DNA of 60,078 nt, filler included, from Dirinaria sp. TL-2023a (GCA_051941275.1; 10 parts of 10 records of this genome joined end to end with filler, not necessarily neighbours in it); one strand, 5' to 3'; counted from the whole stretch's first letter, positions 1-11,957 are shown. Made by a program: numbers and translations. The notes: generated by a model not told the origin, from the sequence alone.

Positions 1-679
1 TTACCTTATCCTCGGCTTTGCTTACTCTTTACTCTTGACTGGTCTTTCTTTTTTTTTCCCATTTTGGCAACCCGCTCGATCAACCTAAATACCTCATGGT
101 CGGCACCACAGGGAGACTTATAAGAGTATGGCGTCTCTCTCTATCCCTCTTCCTCTTCCCCTTTCTCCCCCTCCTCAATAATGCAGTTCCTGTTTGTTAT
201 AAAATGTACGAAAACCTATGTAGTGGTGGAGGAGGGGTTCGTGTGGACGGCTTTTTAGAGGAAAGGAACCGAAAAAAAAATGAAAAAAAGGGAAAGCCGA
301 GTTCTTATTTCTGGTCTGATAGACGGCCGGGGGGCGGAGGTCAGCCTACAGTATTTGATACTTCTAGGATCAGACAGAGAGAGAAACAAATTTTTTTTGA
401 GGATCACAAGCAAGCCAGGCGCCTGGATTACACTTGTAAGACTGTGTAGTGGGGGTTGAGATATGACGCGATTGATTTGTGTGTCTCGTTTTCGACAGTT
501 GATCACTTTGTGACTTTTGCAGTGCGGGTGTGTGCTTCAGGGACCGGTAAGGTTTCTCAACAGGGACGAATTTTCTCATTTTCGAAAGACTCGTTATTAT
601 GGCGAGTCGTAGCATGGGGAGTGCGTGGGTGCAGATTGCTCTCTCTTCCTATGAATTCACCAGCATTTGGCGTCTGAAT

Positions 680-3061
680 TTAGGGGTTCGTGGGGGTCCA
701 CCTCTTCCATCCACGGCTGCCTCCATACTGTGATGGAGGCTCAATCTTGGGCTGCTCCAGCTTGTCTTCAGGGGCTGGAATGCCCATGTCGGTATTTGGC
801 TGGGAGATACTGGTTTCCGGTTTCGTAGTAGGAGGTCGGGTAGCTTCAAGCTCTTCCTTCCCTGACTCATCAGAGGCAATTTTTCCTGGCGTTTCATAGC
901 TATCCTGGTTTGGCGGGCTGGTAGAATTTTGGGGTGAGGTACTGTTTTCCGAATCTTTAGTAGGAGGTTGCGCAGCTTGCAACTCTTCCTTTTCTGACTC
1001 ATCAGCAGCAATTTTTCCTGGCGTTTGTTGATTATCTTGGTTTGGCGACTCGGTAGGATCTTCCTCGTTACCGGCTGATGCCAATCGATCATCCGTGATT
1101 TGTTTATCACGCTTAATCGCCCTTTTGGCCTTAGAAAAGAGCTTACATTCCGTGAGAGGGAATTGAGCATCGAGCATGGCTGCCAACGACGGCTCTCTTT
1201 TGATAACCCATCCGCGCATCCTACGCCTCTGGTAATCCAACTTGAAATAGTCCGCTTCTAGGAAATTCCCAAGGAGACCATAGGGGCTTCTCTCCTTGCC
1301 TTCGTCCCACGTCTCCATCTGATCCCGCAGTTGCCTTGAGAATTGTCTGAACATTTCTTGCACGTGTTTGATCCCGTACGCTTTCTTTCCAAGGTCATTC
1401 GTAGGGTCCGCTGGATCTTGCAGGCATAGAAGATAGGGTTTTTTGGCATCGTAGGTCTTCATGATGTCGATGCCGCGCAGCATTGGATCCTGCATGCGCA
1501 TTTCTTTCTGGCCAGCTGTCATTTTTCTACCTTCTTTCCGCTTCAAGAACTGCCGAGGCGGGTCTGGAGAAAAGCCGTGCATGTACAGGTCGGCATTGCC
1601 GTAGAAGTCTAGAATGTAGAGAAATTGGTTCGCCAAATCATCGCTAGCGAATTGTCCAGAAGCATGTTTGAGCGCATTCACGATCATGATGAGGATTGGG
1701 TAGGAACCCAGACCACCGAGACGAACGTTAGTGAGACCTCGTATGTGAAGAGCAGAGCGGAAAACAAGATACAAGGTCCGTAGAGTAGGATATTCTGCAA
1801 GATAGGATGCGACATACTCCTGAACGATGCTGGAGGAGACGAGTGTCTGAATTTCAACTCGCAGTCCGGTCGCAGTGTGGGTTACTCGGACAATGGGAAT
1901 ACGTGCATGTATCAATTCTGTGTCTCTCTCAAACACTTTTGAGTTGCTGAGTATACGGTGCACAGCACGGAGAACACGCTTGAGTAGCCTTCGTCTTTTT
2001 TTACTCAGCGAGCTTGGGCCACGATCTAATGGCTTCTTCTCTATGTCTGGGAATGTGAGTGCCAGGTCAATGTCCGATAATCGATCTGCAAGCCCAGTAC
2101 GACACGATCCGATAATTAGCAGCGGATTGTGGCGAAACTGCTCTGCTATCAATCCCCGGACATCAGAGACCAGTATGCGTGACGCTTCCTCCTCGATTTT
2201 GCTGTGTCTCATATAGGCCTCGTACGCTTTCAGTTCATCATGTAAGCTACTCATTGTCAGCCATTGCTCTAAGTCACTCAGGATGGTGTTGTGTACAAAC
2301 CGCTGCAGACTGCCTCCTATATTGGTTTTACTTTCCACTGCTGCCACAAGCGCTAGGTATGGACGCTGCGGTGCTCTCTCCTCAATGCTGAACTGGGTTT
2401 GCGGCGGCAGCCAACAGGCTTTGTATTCCAATACCTCATGAGCTTTTGCATGGTGTCTCTGGCCCGTCAAAGTGAGCACCTGGAATGAATCCGCCGGCCA
2501 GTGGCTTTTCACCCAATTTGTTTTCCAACTCTTACTCGTCGACTTGTCGCCATCTCCAGTTGTTTCCGACGCGGATTTAGAGGTAGAAGTAGTGGCGAGC
2601 TTGACCTTCGGTGCTGCTTTCTGTAAATCGACACGGTTACCAGTATCTGATTCCTTAGTACCTGGCTTAGCTTCCTTAATAGAAATAAGCGGTCTCGTTG
2701 AGATAGATGGCTCTTTCATCAGCACCCTACGGATCTTGACTGCTCTATTTGTGGCCCGGTGTGCTTCCAAAGTGGCCTTCAGGTCGTTGACGTTTACATC
2801 CTCGGTCCATTGCGACTCTGAATGATCATCTCCAGTGTGAGCATCAGCGCTGACTACTACACCTCCAATGCTGGGAGGGATTGCCTCGTCTGGCTCAATT
2901 AAGCCATCTTCACCTGTAGATAAATGCAAATTCCGAGAGTACTTCTTTCTTGAGCCGAGCCACAATGTGCTGACTCGAGGACGGTGGATGACGAGTATGG
3001 TACTTGGCGATACTCCGAATTGGGAGCCTTGGCGAAAGAGACATATTGCTCGATGATGCAT
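680..3061 (-). CDS. Non-canonical poly(A) RNA polymerase / terminal nucleotidyltransferase (Trf4/Cid14-like), probable in-frame 54-nt intron at 2247-2300
   Basis: Pol-beta NTase motif IIGSCRTGLADRLSDIDLAL, ARIPIV, GGLGSY and PAP-associated motif LCLQDPADPTNDLGKKAYGIKHVQ. GTTTGT...CTGAC...TAG on the minus strand at 2300-2247 fits an intron. Confidence 0.88.
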   Translation of the reverse strand: MHHRAICLFRQGSQFGVSPSTILVIHRPRVSTLWLGSRKKYSRNLHLSTGEDGLIEPDEAIPPSIGGVVVSADAHTGDDHSESQWTEDVNVNDLKATLEAHRATNRAVKIRRVLMKEPSISTRPLISIKEAKPGTKESDTGNRVDLQKAAPKVKLATTSTSKSASETTGDGDKSTSKSWKTNWVKSHWPADSFQVLTLTGQRHHAKAHEVLEYKACWLPPQTQFSIEERAPQRPYLALVAAVESKTNIGGSLQRFVHNTILSDLEQWLTMSSLHDELKAYEAYMRHSKIEEEASRILVSDVRGLIAEQFRHNPLLIIGSCRTGLADRLSDIDLALTFPDIEKKPLDRGPSSLSKKRRRLLKRVLRAVHRILSNSKVFERDTELIHARIPIVRVTHTATGLRVEIQTLVSSSIVQEYVASYLAEYPTLRTLYLVFRSALHIRGLTNVRLGGLGSYPILIMIVNALKHASGQFASDDLANQFLYILDFYGNADLYMHGFSPDPPRQFLKRKEGRKMTAGQKEMRMQDPMLRGIDIMKTYDAKKPYLLCLQDPADPTNDLGKKAYGIKHVQEMFRQFSRQLRDQMETWDEGKERSPYGLLGNFLEADYFKLDYQRRRMRGWVIKREPSLAAMLDAQFPLTECKLFSKAKRAIKRDKQITDDRLASAGNEEDPTESPNQDNQQTPGKIAADESEKEELQAAQPPTKDSENSTSPQNSTSPPNQDSYETPGKIASDESGKEELEATRPPTTKPETSISQPNTDMGIPAPEDKLEQPKIEPPSQYGGSRGWKRWTPTNP
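829..1059. repeat. Intragenic direct repeat, two ~99-nt copies offset by 132 nt (44 aa), in the polymerase C-terminal tail
   Basis: 829-927 resembles 961-1059; peptides TPGKIAADESEKEELQAAQPPT and TPGKIASDESGKEELEATRPPT. Confidence 0.8.
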
Positions 3062-4552
3062 GTATCGAGCATGGTAAAGTAGGAGCTATGCTTCTCCAGA
3101 GCAGGCACTCCAAAGTTTCGATCCAGCAAAGCCAGCTAAGGTACTCCGTAGAGTCCAGAGCTACGGTACTTTGGGCACTAGCAGCGGAGACTAAGTTCGG
3201 GCCGCTTGGACGCGTGCGAAGTCCAAACTTTGTCTCCTGACGACTTCACAAACTCGGTTACACTCCTTCATACCTTACTTACCTTACCTTAGTCTCCAAT
3301 AATGCCAGATCGCTTTCGACGAGGTCAAAGATCCAAATTCTAGACCTTTGGATTGGTGTGGTGTGTCAAGTATTATCGATGGTGTCTCGTCTGTGCATCA
3401 GGAATGCCCATGCTCGTACTCACTGTGGCACTGCTCTGAGAATGCCCGCCCTGCATCCTGGTAGATCAAGCAACGGTTCGTTACCAAATTAATTGAATAG
3501 GTAGTTATTTCCTGTCCTTCCATAGTATCATGTGAGCCTCTAGACATATCGACGGACAACCTCAGCACCGCATCGGGAGTCGAGGAAACCTCCCAGGGTT
3601 TCGATGTAAGGTACATAGAACATCTCGTAATTGCCCAATCAAGAGGCGTGTTCTACCTTTTCAGGGCATGGATTTCTTTCTGTATGCATTGTCCATTGAT
3701 GCCGCTGTCCAGCTGCCATCTCAATGATATGTTTGGTGCTTCTGGACCCGAGAAGATACTTGTGGAGGGCCCCACTTCCAAATAGGACACCAAACACAGA
3801 TGACCTTCCGCGAACAGGAGTAGAGAAGACAACGAGAGATCATTAAACCAGACACTCCTGCAAGAAGCGCCACCAACAACCTACGTGTCAACGTGGGCAT
3901 GAAGGACAGCCCAGGGGAAAGAAAGTCCGCATACAGACTAAGCCATGGTGGATCTAGTGTATCTCCTGTCACATACTTATATGAGTGCTGTGACCCATCA
4001 GATGTAGAGGAAAGTCAACTCCATTCTCGATCATTCTACAAGATCTTCAAGTCATTCTCTTTCTGCATAGACACACCCAGCTACGGGCTGCCTTCCTTCC
4101 GTTGGTCGCTGGCTTCATGTGAGTAAAGCTGAGTAAGGTGCTGCTACCTCTACAATGTTCCTCTTCAAGCACGTGCTACTCCTAAATTTCCTGACCGACC
4201 TTACCTTATAGTGAATGAGGAAATTGTCAGCTTTTGGTGGAGCACAGAGTGAAGTACGCTAACCTGATTAATCGACGAAGTGCTGTGAGCGTGTTCACAT
4301 GGCTATAAAGTCTTTGTTTTGCTCATCACTCGCTTCTTTCCTTTCTTTCTTTTACATCCTCCACCCTCCTGATCTCAACATCAGACTCCATCACTCCCTC
4401 TGAACAATTTCCAACATTCCAAGCATCATCTGCAACTACATCGAACCTCCTCATCACCACTAAGTAAGTCTTTCTGGACATCCATGCCACGCACTTCTGA
4501 ACACAAGCTGGTGCTGACCTCGATCAGAGTAGAAAATCGTCGAGCATCCAAA

Positions 4553-5602
4553 ATGAAGCTTCTCAGCATTATCAAGGCATCTGCCACTGTCCTGCTTCTC
4601 GGACAGACTGTCACTGCTGCTATTGAAGCTCGTGAGTCTTTCTACAGTTTCTCTCTCTGTCAGATTTTGTAGGCGATGTGATATCCCATTGATGCTCACA
4701 TCACCTGTCCTATGACTCTTGTTTTCTATAGCCTTTTCCAACCCTCTACAGCCCCCTGCTCTCGGTATTCAAATCTATAGTGCTCTGTGTAAAGACAAGT
4801 ATTACAGACCTCTCAGCTACAAGTTACCAAGGTACTGAGGAGCTTAGTATCCAAGCAGATTGACCCTGTTTAGTCTCGCGCATGACTTCTCGAATAATTT
4901 TCAGTCTAAAGCTTTATGCCACATTGCTTGTTGCTGTTTTCAGACTCCACATTGTCGCAACTCCAATGTCGGCCTTTTTTGGCGATTCTCTGCTTCTTCA
5001 CTGCCTCACACTGCAATGACTGACATATTTTGAATAGGTGGTGCTGGGACCAAAGCCAAATCCCTCTCGGAGCGTACATATGTGCCTCTCATCCCGTTCA
5101 TGGATGGTGTCTTGGAGTACGCAACCGAGACATTTGCAACCCAAATCATCGGCGCTGCCACTAGCATCAATCAGCTCAAGACGCTGTGTCAGACGATGGA
5201 TTCGCTGGATACTCGTCTCGCTCAGCAGGGCTACAACACCACCTATATGAAGACAGCTATCTGTGCCGCATCCAAGCAGACTGCATTGGCGAGTAACGAT
5301 GCTATTAGAGCCCAGGTATGTAAAAGCACCTCAAACACATCTTCCACAATTAAATTAGATGGAGCGGACGTGAAACAGAACACCTACATGACCTTCGCTC
5401 CTCGGCTTCCTCTAGGAACTGACGCTGACATTTGCACAACTCTTAGGTTGAATTAGCCTCCTCCAAGATCTGGGTCGTTCAAGCCCTCGACTCCACCTTT
5501 GCCGCGAATAAACTCTGCAACCTCTACAACGTGGATTCCGGAAACAACGTAGGCATGAACGGCACCTTTGTCAAGAACGAGCTCTGCGGTGCCGGCGGCT
5601 AG
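4553..5602 (+). CDS. Multi-exon secreted protein of unknown function
   Basis: Signal-peptide-like MKLLSIIKASATVLLLGQTVTA. Donor GTGAGT at 4632; exon from ~5038 to 5314 (..FMDGVLEYATETFATQII..LCQTMD..AICAAS); donor GTATGT at 5315; last exon VELASSKIWVVQALDS..KNELCGAGG-stop. Middle exon structure uncertain. Confidence 0.65.
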
Positions 5603-5930
5603 GCAAACTCCTAAGCACGCAGAGTTCTCCTCACGGCTGCTTCCTTCGTGGCTTGATACATAGAGTCGAGACTCTCCCGATTGTGGTGGATGCATACAGC
5701 ATGTTCATGGACGGACTTTCCAGTTTTAGCATTGTGCGCAGGGAAAAACCGAGCTCCTAGCTTCATAGACATGGAGGTGTGATACTGTGATAGTGAGATA
5801 CCTAGCATAGTTGATCACACCTTTAAAAAAAAAAAAAAAATCTTTCTCATAACTATCTATCCCATAGTCCTCTGACCTGTTCCACATTGATACTTACTTT
5901 ACTACCTAAAGTAAGGTACATATTCAGGAG

Positions 5931-6030
5931 NNNNNNNNNNNNNNNNNNNNNNNNNNNNNNNNNNNNNNNNNNNNTTAATTAATTAANNNNNNNNNNNNNN
6001 NNNNNNNNNNNNNNNNNNNNNNNNNNNNNN
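5931..6030. other. Artificial contig spacer
   Basis: N44-TTAATTAATTAA-N44 (stops in all six frames). Confidence 0.99.
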
Positions 6031-6506
6031 AGAAACTCGGTTAACCCGCTGAAGAATGAAGCAAGTGCTTGAAACCCACTCTCTACCATAAGCGACATTG
6101 CACAATATCATACCTGTCAACGATCTTCCGAAGATCGATCTTTCACCTCTATTCCAAACTTTAAGGACGCCAGCAAGTAATGAAAAAATTGTCTCAAGGA
6201 CATGACGTTAGACTGGCCCACCATTGAAGCGTGGTGACAAATGGGCAAATTGGTAATAATGTATCAATACATACGTCATAAAAGCTAAAGAGATATCTCA
6301 AACAAGAAACTAGTGTCGTGTTGCACTGATGGAACGAGAACCCTTTCCTGCCAGAGGATGGTACAGCCCGTGAGACCACCTTGCAGAGTCCAAGTATCGG
6401 CCTAGAAACCAAGAAAGAGAGTGCTTCTCCTAGCTGTGTGTTCAAAAGTCAAACCCCATTTGGCATGTATCAACGAGTAACAGCGATGACATGTTGTCCA
6501 CTTTTT

Positions 6507-7230
6507 TCATTTATTCAAATTAATTCTTCCAGTTCTTTCCGACGACACGTAACGGATAAGTGATTGCTGGCCAGCCAGCAATGTGCTCACCCTTGGATTG
6601 TACCCCCCATTTGCAACCCCACGTAGGCCGCTTTGCTGAGCTTGCAATTTACGGCATTTCAACCGCTTCATCATCCTCTCTAGCACGCTTTCTTCCCCCA
6701 AGCTGCGTCTGGAAGCTTGTAATATAAGTTTGACTATTGGAAGAGGTTCCATTGGAGTCTGTTCATCGACGGCGTAGGCGGGTGTTTTGTTGCCTGGATC
6801 GGTATCCAACATGACATCTGCAAGATTATCGTAGTCTTATTTGACTGCACTACTTTCCGCAGCCACATATGCAACCAACACAGGGCCAGGTTGACGTTCA
6901 TCACATCAGAATTCTTTTGGGGCTCGGAAATATGGGAGTGCCAGGGAATGACTTTGTATTCCATGACACCATCAGTAAGTGCTCGAGTCGTCTCTGGTGC
7001 CCCTTCAACGATATCCTCTAGCTCTTGTGAGCTGACCGTGATTTTCGATTTCAGCTGCCTATAATCATCCTTGCTTTGCCCCTCCGTGTCCGTGTTCGCC
7101 TTTTCTGTCGATGGGTCAGCCTGAGGAAGAGGGCGAATCCTGACGACAACGAGCTCTTTGTCTGTAATGATTTACCCATAGCGAGCGTTCAAGTGGACGC
7201 AACAGGTGTAGATTTTTCCTATTGCCATTG
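6507..7230 (-). pseudogene. Disrupted copy of a conserved fungal hypothetical-protein family (RYGYIITDxELV / YKxIPW / VNLALWWLHM motifs)
   Basis: Minus strand reads IYTCCVHLNARYG*IITDKELVVVRIRP...VMEYKVIPW...MNVNLALCWLHM. TAA at 7172-7174 replaces the expected Tyr; a frameshift and a further stop follow LHM. Confidence 0.65.
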
Positions 7231-8115
7231 TATATCAACTCCAGTGACTGGTATTCAAAGTCTTTCCAATCCAGGATTTGGTGAGGAAGCAAGGGGGACT
7301 TTACCGGGATTTGGTGTTGGGGCCACTTTCACAATTGCTTACATTCAGCCTGGGATTCTTGAGTGACAGGTATTGCAAAAGACTTTGATGGACACGCGGC
7401 ATTACACGTATTTACGATGTAGTGTTCGTTGTAAGCAGTGATATCAAGCGAAGTGGGATGCAGTTTGGATTTCGATCGCGCCATCGTCCTCGAGACACCC
7501 ATGAGTTTCTAGGATAGTCTGTGAAGCAGCCTCGAAGCTAAGACTTCAGAAATAATAATGTGGCCCACCTAGTTCGCAAGGCTTTAGACAAATGAAACAT
7601 TTTTGTTCGTCACCTCAAGGCCATCATCGTGGTTGTACTTACTTTCTCGTCGACATGCGAATAGACGGGGCTCAAGAAAAACCATCCTGCACGTCGCCCC
7701 ATAAAACTTACCCGTAAGCTCAATGCCATGCCCTAAATAGCCCGAAATGTGTTTGAACGATTTTCGTGGCGCATTGCATTCAGTATGCAAAGCGGGGACC
7801 ACGTAGTCTATCAGCTCGCTTGACGCTGCCAAATGTGAGTCGTCACGACTGTGGTCAAATAGCGTTCGACGGGAAAATGAATCGGCACGAAATGTGGCAT
7901 GTGGCACTTGTGCTAAAGTAAGTGATTATGGATGCATGCTTGCTTCACTCGACGCTCCGTACTGTTGGTCTTCCCAGCTTTCGCAACCTCGAGTAGATCA
8001 AGCTCTACAAGATAGGTACAAACCTTCATGCGCTCAACGCTGCTGGGAGCAATGATCCAACCTTAACGTCCACCATATATTCCGCTGTAGACGACTACAT
8101 TTATTCACTGAACGT

Positions 8116-9021
8116 ATGACTCGAAGTTCGACGAGACCTCTTCCCGACTGCAATGGGCCTAGACTCCAGCCTTTTGAGGATCCAAAGGCGACAGTCGATT
8201 TCAAGCGTCTCATTAGTGACGGCAACCTGACGGATTCATCCGCTGGAGGACATGCGCATGTATTCGAAGCCTTGATACAATCCAAGACGTATGCGTTGAA
8301 AATTGTAAGACAGTGGTTCTTTCGTTCTCGACACGATTTTGAAGTGATTCTGACTATGCTTCAATATCAGTTCAAATTTTACGATGACTCCGAAATCTGT
8401 GCGGCTTTGTCCGATCACCAACGTAAATATTTCTCCTCAAAGCTGATCAATGGCCATATGGATCCGTTCTTCTGTGAATGCCGTGCTTACGGACGATTGA
8501 TCGATGAAAAAGTTTACGGAAAAGTCGCAGTCCGTTGTTACGGTTATTTGATGATCTCAGCCGAGAGAGAGGATGAGCTAAGAGAACGGCTTGGAGTGAC
8601 TGCGTGGAACCGACCTCGCGAAGAATACTCAAAGCGAGCCTCAAGAAGACAGCCGTTCCGTGCTATCGTTAAAGAGCTAGTGACTGAAAATGTGCCTCTC
8701 ACTGCGAAGACCGCTAAGAAAATGCTGCGTGATCTGCGAATAATCCGCAGCTTCAAAGTCTATAATATGGATATTTGTGCCCGCAATTACAAAGGCGGAC
8801 TTCTAGTCGACTTCAGTGTTGCGATGACCAGACCTCACTATCTATTCTTCATCAAGCCTGCTTGGCGCAGAGAAGGCTATATGTACGATGATTTGAGATC
8901 CTTTGATTACATGCTGGACGAGGCGGGGATTGCGACGCTGGCCAGAGCGACGCGGAACGAAGATTATGTTGGTCACCTGAGGCCGAGAAACGAGAGAGGA
9001 AGAGTAATTAAGCGGAAATAG
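8116..9021 (+). CDS. FTA2-domain (Kinetochore Sim4 complex subunit FTA2 family, kinase-like) protein; in-frame 66-nt intron 8305-8370
   Basis: Motifs VFEALIQSKTYALKI|FKFYD, DPFFCECRAYGRL, AVRCYGYL, AIVKELV, DICARNYKGGLLVDFSVAMTRPH; intron GTAAGA...CTGAC...CAG. Confidence 0.8.
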   Translation: MTRSSTRPLPDCNGPRLQPFEDPKATVDFKRLISDGNLTDSSAGGHAHVFEALIQSKTYALKIVRQWFFRSRHDFEVILTMLQYQFKFYDDSEICAALSDHQRKYFSSKLINGHMDPFFCECRAYGRLIDEKVYGKVAVRCYGYLMISAEREDELRERLGVTAWNRPREEYSKRASRRQPFRAIVKELVTENVPLTAKTAKKMLRDLRIIRSFKVYNMDICARNYKGGLLVDFSVAMTRPHYLFFIKPAWRREGYMYDDLRSFDYMLDEAGIATLARATRNEDYVGHLRPRNERGRVIKRK

Positions 9022-9962
9022 CTTCTTGACGTGGAAACTAAGTTGATAACGAGCTATCTTTCGAGAGAACTAGAGGCTGGGGGGGGAGGGGCCTATGGTG
9101 GGAAGCTTGTGGGGAGCAAGCATACCTGTGACGACTGAAGCACAGCATACACAACGACCTCTTGACTTGAATGAGTGCAAGGAATGCTTTTGGTAGTACT
9201 TGATGAGCTTTGACGGTGTGGTGAAATTGACAATATCAGAATGTAGTAGTAAGATAGCAAGTCTCAACCATATCACACTAGCCGATTTAGGTCAAACGCT
9301 GAAACCTCTATGAGCACGTGCCGTCTTGGCAGTATCTCTGCGGTTGGCTGTGTTTGCACCATAGTGCGACCTTTTTCATGTGTTGAAGTCTATCAGTGTT
9401 GGTGCTATGATTTAAATACCGAATTGTACTCGGAAGGTGACTGAAGCCACAACACCTGCACACCTGGCCAACATGCAATACTTCCAACACCATGTACCCT
9501 TCTTCATTACCCAGCTCTGTACTTCCGAGCGAAGAAACAAGAGCCATAGCAAGTCTTTGGTAGATGAATCGGCTTATATGGAATAGCAGCTTTTAGTAGG
9601 CTTCATCTAGCTTGACAGAATGATCACAAATCGAGTGCGTCCCATATGCACACAGATCAAGCGAGTCCAAGTGAATGCTCTTACAATGTCCGGATTCACC
9701 ATGTAGGCTCATGCAACACCTAGGTCACTAGTGTTCGGGGCCCAGGGGTTCAACACCCACATCACCTGTGTCTATTTATTGGCACCTCCAGTACTCACCG
9801 TACTTCCTTTCCCCATGCCTTGTATTCTCGTACATAGCCGCAGTACTTCAATACTGTCATTTCTATGTCATAGTGCTCTGGTTTCCTGACATATAACTTC
9901 AAATCTGCTTCAACAACTCGCTTGATTGCAAGCATCGACTGGGTTTAAAGAAAACAGCTGCG

Positions 9963-11486
9963 ATGGAGTCTCGTCATACTGCCCAATCGCCTGTGTCTCG
10001 AAGATCCTTCATGGAGAAACTACCCTTCGAAATTCTGCATATGATCTTCGCTCATCTGAGATTCCAGGATGTTACCAATATGCGTCGCCTATGCAAGAAT
10101 TTCGCAGCGGCCGGACTGCATCGCCTATTCCGCTCTTACCACCTTATTTTCAAGAAGTCCAGCTTCGAGAAGCTTCTTGAAGTCTCACAGCATTCCGTTT
10201 TTAGCAAGGACGTTCAATTACTCTACTATGAGGGAGACCTTCTTACGGAATATGCTGCGATGGCGGAGTGGAGAGAACACGCCTCCTATAATTACCTGCC
10301 TTCGAAAAAGTGGAGTGAGGGTAAAATTGAAGCTGGAGTGTGGGAGTGGCCTGGAGAATACATTCCCCCGGCCGAGTCAGAGCTGCAGTTGCACCACGCT
10401 TATGCCATGTATAAAGAATGTTTAGAGGACCAAAGGACAATGCAGAAGCAGAATTACAACGCGCAAATCATCAGTGATGCCATGAGAGGGCTAACCAACC
10501 TCAAATCTCTGTACATGTCTATGGAATGGGGGTTAGGTATACGCAGCGACTATGCAGACCGCGCTTTCAGCCAGACATTACAGAAACCTTGGGGTGACGC
10601 AGCGCACCGTGACCGGTGTGGCGTTTCTCAACTGTACTATCTTCTTCTCGGAGTATATGACAATGGTCTGAAGATCGAAAATCTGCGCTGCGGCCGTATC
10701 CATTGGTCGTTCTTCACACTGCATCCGGAAAACTTCGCAAAGTTCCGTAAGGCATGTCAACATCTAAAGACGTTAGAGCTGCACATTGGGTCTGATTTCG
10801 TAAACAAGCTTGAATGCAATCGATATCTCAGCAGGGGGGGTTTACGGGAATTCATCACTGGCGCTCCAGAGCTGTCCCAATTGAACATCAAACTCTTTAA
10901 TACGGATTTTAACGTGGGACCCTGGCTAATGCCGGCACACCTAGTAGACATAGTGGGTTCGTTCAAATGGAATTCCTTGCGCGTTGCACACTTCGACTAC
11001 GTCGCTTTCAACGCGCAGGATGCAATCGATTTCTACAAGCGGCACTCGGAAACTATCAGGGACATCGGCATCTCGAATGTTAAGCTCGAAGAAGGGGAGT
11101 GGGCTACCTTCTTTCAGGAGATGGCGAGTATACTGCAGCTGGACGAAGTATCCATCCGAGGCACTCTAAGCGACCCAGTGGCCCAATTCTCCTTCGGCGA
11201 CAACAAGCCATACGTCTTGGACGGGTTGCCAATCATAAATGTATTCGTCGAGCATTACCTGCTGGAAAGTCGAGGGGAAGGAGAGCTGCTCGATCTCGAT
11301 TTGCTAATGCAGGCCACACTCAAGTCGAGGCATCCCGAGAGTAGCGATGATGAGAGCGCCGTCGAATACGCAGATGCAGACCAGGATAATGCAGAGGACT
11401 CTTCTTCTAGTTCTGACGAGACGAAGGACCATGAGCTGTCACAAGATTCCGAGTCCTCGACGGCAGAAGTACTGCAATCCTCTTAG
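9963..11486 (+). CDS. F-box-like protein (N-terminal F-box, LRR-like middle, acidic tail)
   Basis: 507-aa single ORF; LPFEILHMIFAHLRFQDVTNMRRLCKNF fits the F-box pattern; LxxLxL segments (LTNLKSLYM, LKTLELHI, LSQLNIKL). Confidence 0.75.
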   Translation: MESRHTAQSPVSRRSFMEKLPFEILHMIFAHLRFQDVTNMRRLCKNFAAAGLHRLFRSYHLIFKKSSFEKLLEVSQHSVFSKDVQLLYYEGDLLTEYAAMAEWREHASYNYLPSKKWSEGKIEAGVWEWPGEYIPPAESELQLHHAYAMYKECLEDQRTMQKQNYNAQIISDAMRGLTNLKSLYMSMEWGLGIRSDYADRAFSQTLQKPWGDAAHRDRCGVSQLYYLLLGVYDNGLKIENLRCGRIHWSFFTLHPENFAKFRKACQHLKTLELHIGSDFVNKLECNRYLSRGGLREFITGAPELSQLNIKLFNTDFNVGPWLMPAHLVDIVGSFKWNSLRVAHFDYVAFNAQDAIDFYKRHSETIRDIGISNVKLEEGEWATFFQEMASILQLDEVSIRGTLSDPVAQFSFGDNKPYVLDGLPIINVFVEHYLLESRGEGELLDLDLLMQATLKSRHPESSDDESAVEYADADQDNAEDSSSSSDETKDHELSQDSESSTAEVLQSS

Positions 11487-11957
11487 CTTACAGTCCAAAC
11501 GTGGCTCACCGGATTGGTGAGACTTCCGGAAGTACATATTCATCAAAGCCTCATCAACCTCATCGTGGTCGATACCAGCAATGGCCAAAACAGCCCTGAT
11601 AGAAGTAATCCATCCACTTCCTCGATACGAAGCTCTGAAAACCCGTTCTTCTCCTCAGTGCAAAATCAAACCACATTCCCATCATCGATCATAGACACTA
11701 TCGATCAAAATCTTCTCTTCGCAAGTAGATCCGTGCACGGAGCTCTCACCATCACAACTGTAAATTACATGGCTAATCTCTGCAAACCTTCTCTCCATCA
11801 TTACCCCGGCTTGTTGCTCCCTCCGTAGACTCTATCGAACACTCCCTACGCCTCATCCCAAAGTCCAGAAAATATCCCTATCCCCTCTAAAACATACATC
11901 AACCAATTCCATGCCTGATTCACAACTCCAAACTCTCATCAACTCTCCCCCCTCCCC

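Noticed and set aside
649..1170. 173-aa minus-strand ORF
   Set aside because: Alternative frame overlapping the polymerase C-terminus
5975..5986. TTAATTAATTAA recurring every ~6 kb as a biological repeat
   Set aside because: Always centred in identical N44 flanks; an artificial six-frame-stop linker
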